DNA of 63,625 nucleotides, counting the filler, from Rhabdomonas costata (Eukaryota): assembly GCA_019059605.1 (NCBI GenBank). It is 46 parts of 46 records of this genome, joined end to end, with 100 filler letters (N's around TTAATTAATTAA, not from the genome) between each part and the next. Parts side by side here need not be neighbours in the genome. Positions count along the whole stretch, not along the records: positions 62,341 to 63,625 come from JAHMHO010020684.1; 45 more parts are not named here. One strand, written 5' to 3'. The position numbers were made by a program, and so were the translations under genes. The notes under the pieces are model-generated. The model did no database searches, had not been told where the DNA came from, and saw nothing but the letters and a program-made list of their open reading frames with translations. Positions 62,408 through 63,625 of the stretch are shown here, one piece after another; position 1 is the stretch's first letter, and each line of letters begins with the position of its first letter.

Positions 62408-63625
62408 ATGTCAGGAGAAGGCGCACCCACAGCGCAAAGCATGGAGAAGACATATTAATCTTTCCTGATTCACTCAGCGTCGCTGTTTCGACACCTTGAA
62501 GAGCAGCAGAGGGCGAAACAGCAGTTGGCGGACAGTCTGGTTCAGAGATTAATAGTAACGGGTGGACTTCCAAGTGGAGAAGACCATGTACCGGAAGAGC
62601 AGCAGTACCCGTGACAGTTGTGCCGAATCAGGCTGAGTCAGTGAGTGGAGCGCTTCGTAAACTGCAGGAAAAGGACCCCGAGTTTCCAAGATACGACGGG
62701 AACGCAGCTAATTTCCTCCTTGGTTGGTGGCAGTGGAGGAGCTGAAGGACTTTCGTAGGGTCCCAGATCAAATTGCCATTGTGTATGCAACGGGAGCGCT
62801 TGGTTCGTTTGCAAGGGGAATTATCGCTCCATACCAGACTTTCTCAGATTGGGCGGATTTTACTAAAACTTTGCGAAAGCGATTTTGCCCTTCGACGTGG
62901 GACTACAATGTGGTTTGGTGGTTGGAGAACTTGCGAATAAAGAATGGGGATTTACAAGATTATCACCAGCAGTTTGTGACTGGTTTAGGACTTTTAAAGG
63001 GTACGAGATTTGACGGTGACGCACGGCTGCAGTACTTGTTTTTGGGGGGATTGGAGGGGGACATCCAGGCAAAGGTGATGGCGGATGATCCGCAATCTTT
63101 GGAAGAAGCAATGGAAAAAGCCGATCGCAAGCCGAGACCTCCGCCCAAAGTGATTGTAGAAGTGCCAGAAGCTTCGCTAAGAAAGCCCGTCGCAGCTGAG
63201 TGAACAGGAATAGAGTTGGATACATTGAGGTATGGTTATACTCCATTCTCAGGAAGCACGGCGTTTTTGACATCAGGTAGCAGAAACCAGTCAGCTCCGA
63301 AGTTTTTGTACGGCTCAGTGAGCAGCTCAGTGATTCCTGGAATTCCAAATCTCTTTTCGGCAGTTTCAACGACTGGACCACAGTTAGCGACGACTGTTCC
63401 CGAGCAATCAGTGATGTTTACAAACCCTAGTGAGCCGCAGTTCAACGCAGAAAGAACCCCCTCGCCGAATCGCAGGCCTAGCTTTGGAAGAGGGGAAGGT
63501 AGCTTCAGAGGAAGAGGTTTTGCTGGACGTGGTCGAGTGTACGGGTATGCGTGATCGCCGTCACCAGGAAGAGGCGTGAGGCCGAGAATTCCGACACCGC
63601 CAGTACAGAGGCCAATGTCGAGACC
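62408..63625 (+). mobile_element. Decayed Ty3/gypsy retrotransposon gag
   Basis: FPRYDGN..WL..VEE, W.DF...LRKRF, L.....DLQDYHQQF, FLGGL..DIQ..V....PQSLEEAM..A, a PMELD-like IELD and an RG-rich tail. Frameshift near 62717 and in-frame TGA stops (for example 63201 and 63552). Confidence 0.88.

Noticed and set aside
62408..63625. Stop-codon reassignment (TGA here, TAG in the Kelch fragment)
   Set aside because: Both occur with frameshifts in decayed sequence. Conserved host exons have no internal stops, and genes end in TGA or TAA normally.

Overview
This is not a contiguous locus. It is 46 unrelated short contigs (about 1.28-1.32 kb each) joined by 45 artificial 100-nt spacers (N44-TTAATTAATTAA-N44), so adjacency across spacers means nothing. 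Many contigs start G/T-rich and end A/C-rich, some with near matches to TGTGTTGGGTGTGTTTGG, and several end in fold-back hairpins. That is the signature of degenerate-primer whole-genome amplification. Most contigs come from an intron-rich eukaryote with short GC3-rich exons and GT-AG introns whose donors are mostly not GTRAG (GTGTG is the commonest). Together with a degenerate class III nucleotide cyclase and a CRE-type retroelement, this points to a euglenid/euglenozoan (inference). Recognisable spliced gene fragments: ClpB/Hsp100, EDEM-type GH47, CSN2, RecQ1-like, CHCHD2/Mix17, TSNAXIP1-like, RRM, UBX, PPR, LRR, RCC1, WD40, FN3, Mpv17, 3beta-HSD-like SDR, SGNH/PC-esterase, arylsulfotransferase-like and a division-1-type chitin synthase. 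Mobile DNA: a circular or tandem 1159-bp truncated CRE-like unit, an internally deleted Merlin transposase, a decayed Ty3/gypsy gag, a possible hAT relic, an unclassified dispersed repeat in three contigs, and a plant CRM-type LTR contig that is probably contamination. No multi-gene system can be supported from fragments this short. The best leads are the chitin synthase, the CRE-like circle/tandem unit and the unclassified repeat. All family calls come from motif recognition by eye; no searches were run.
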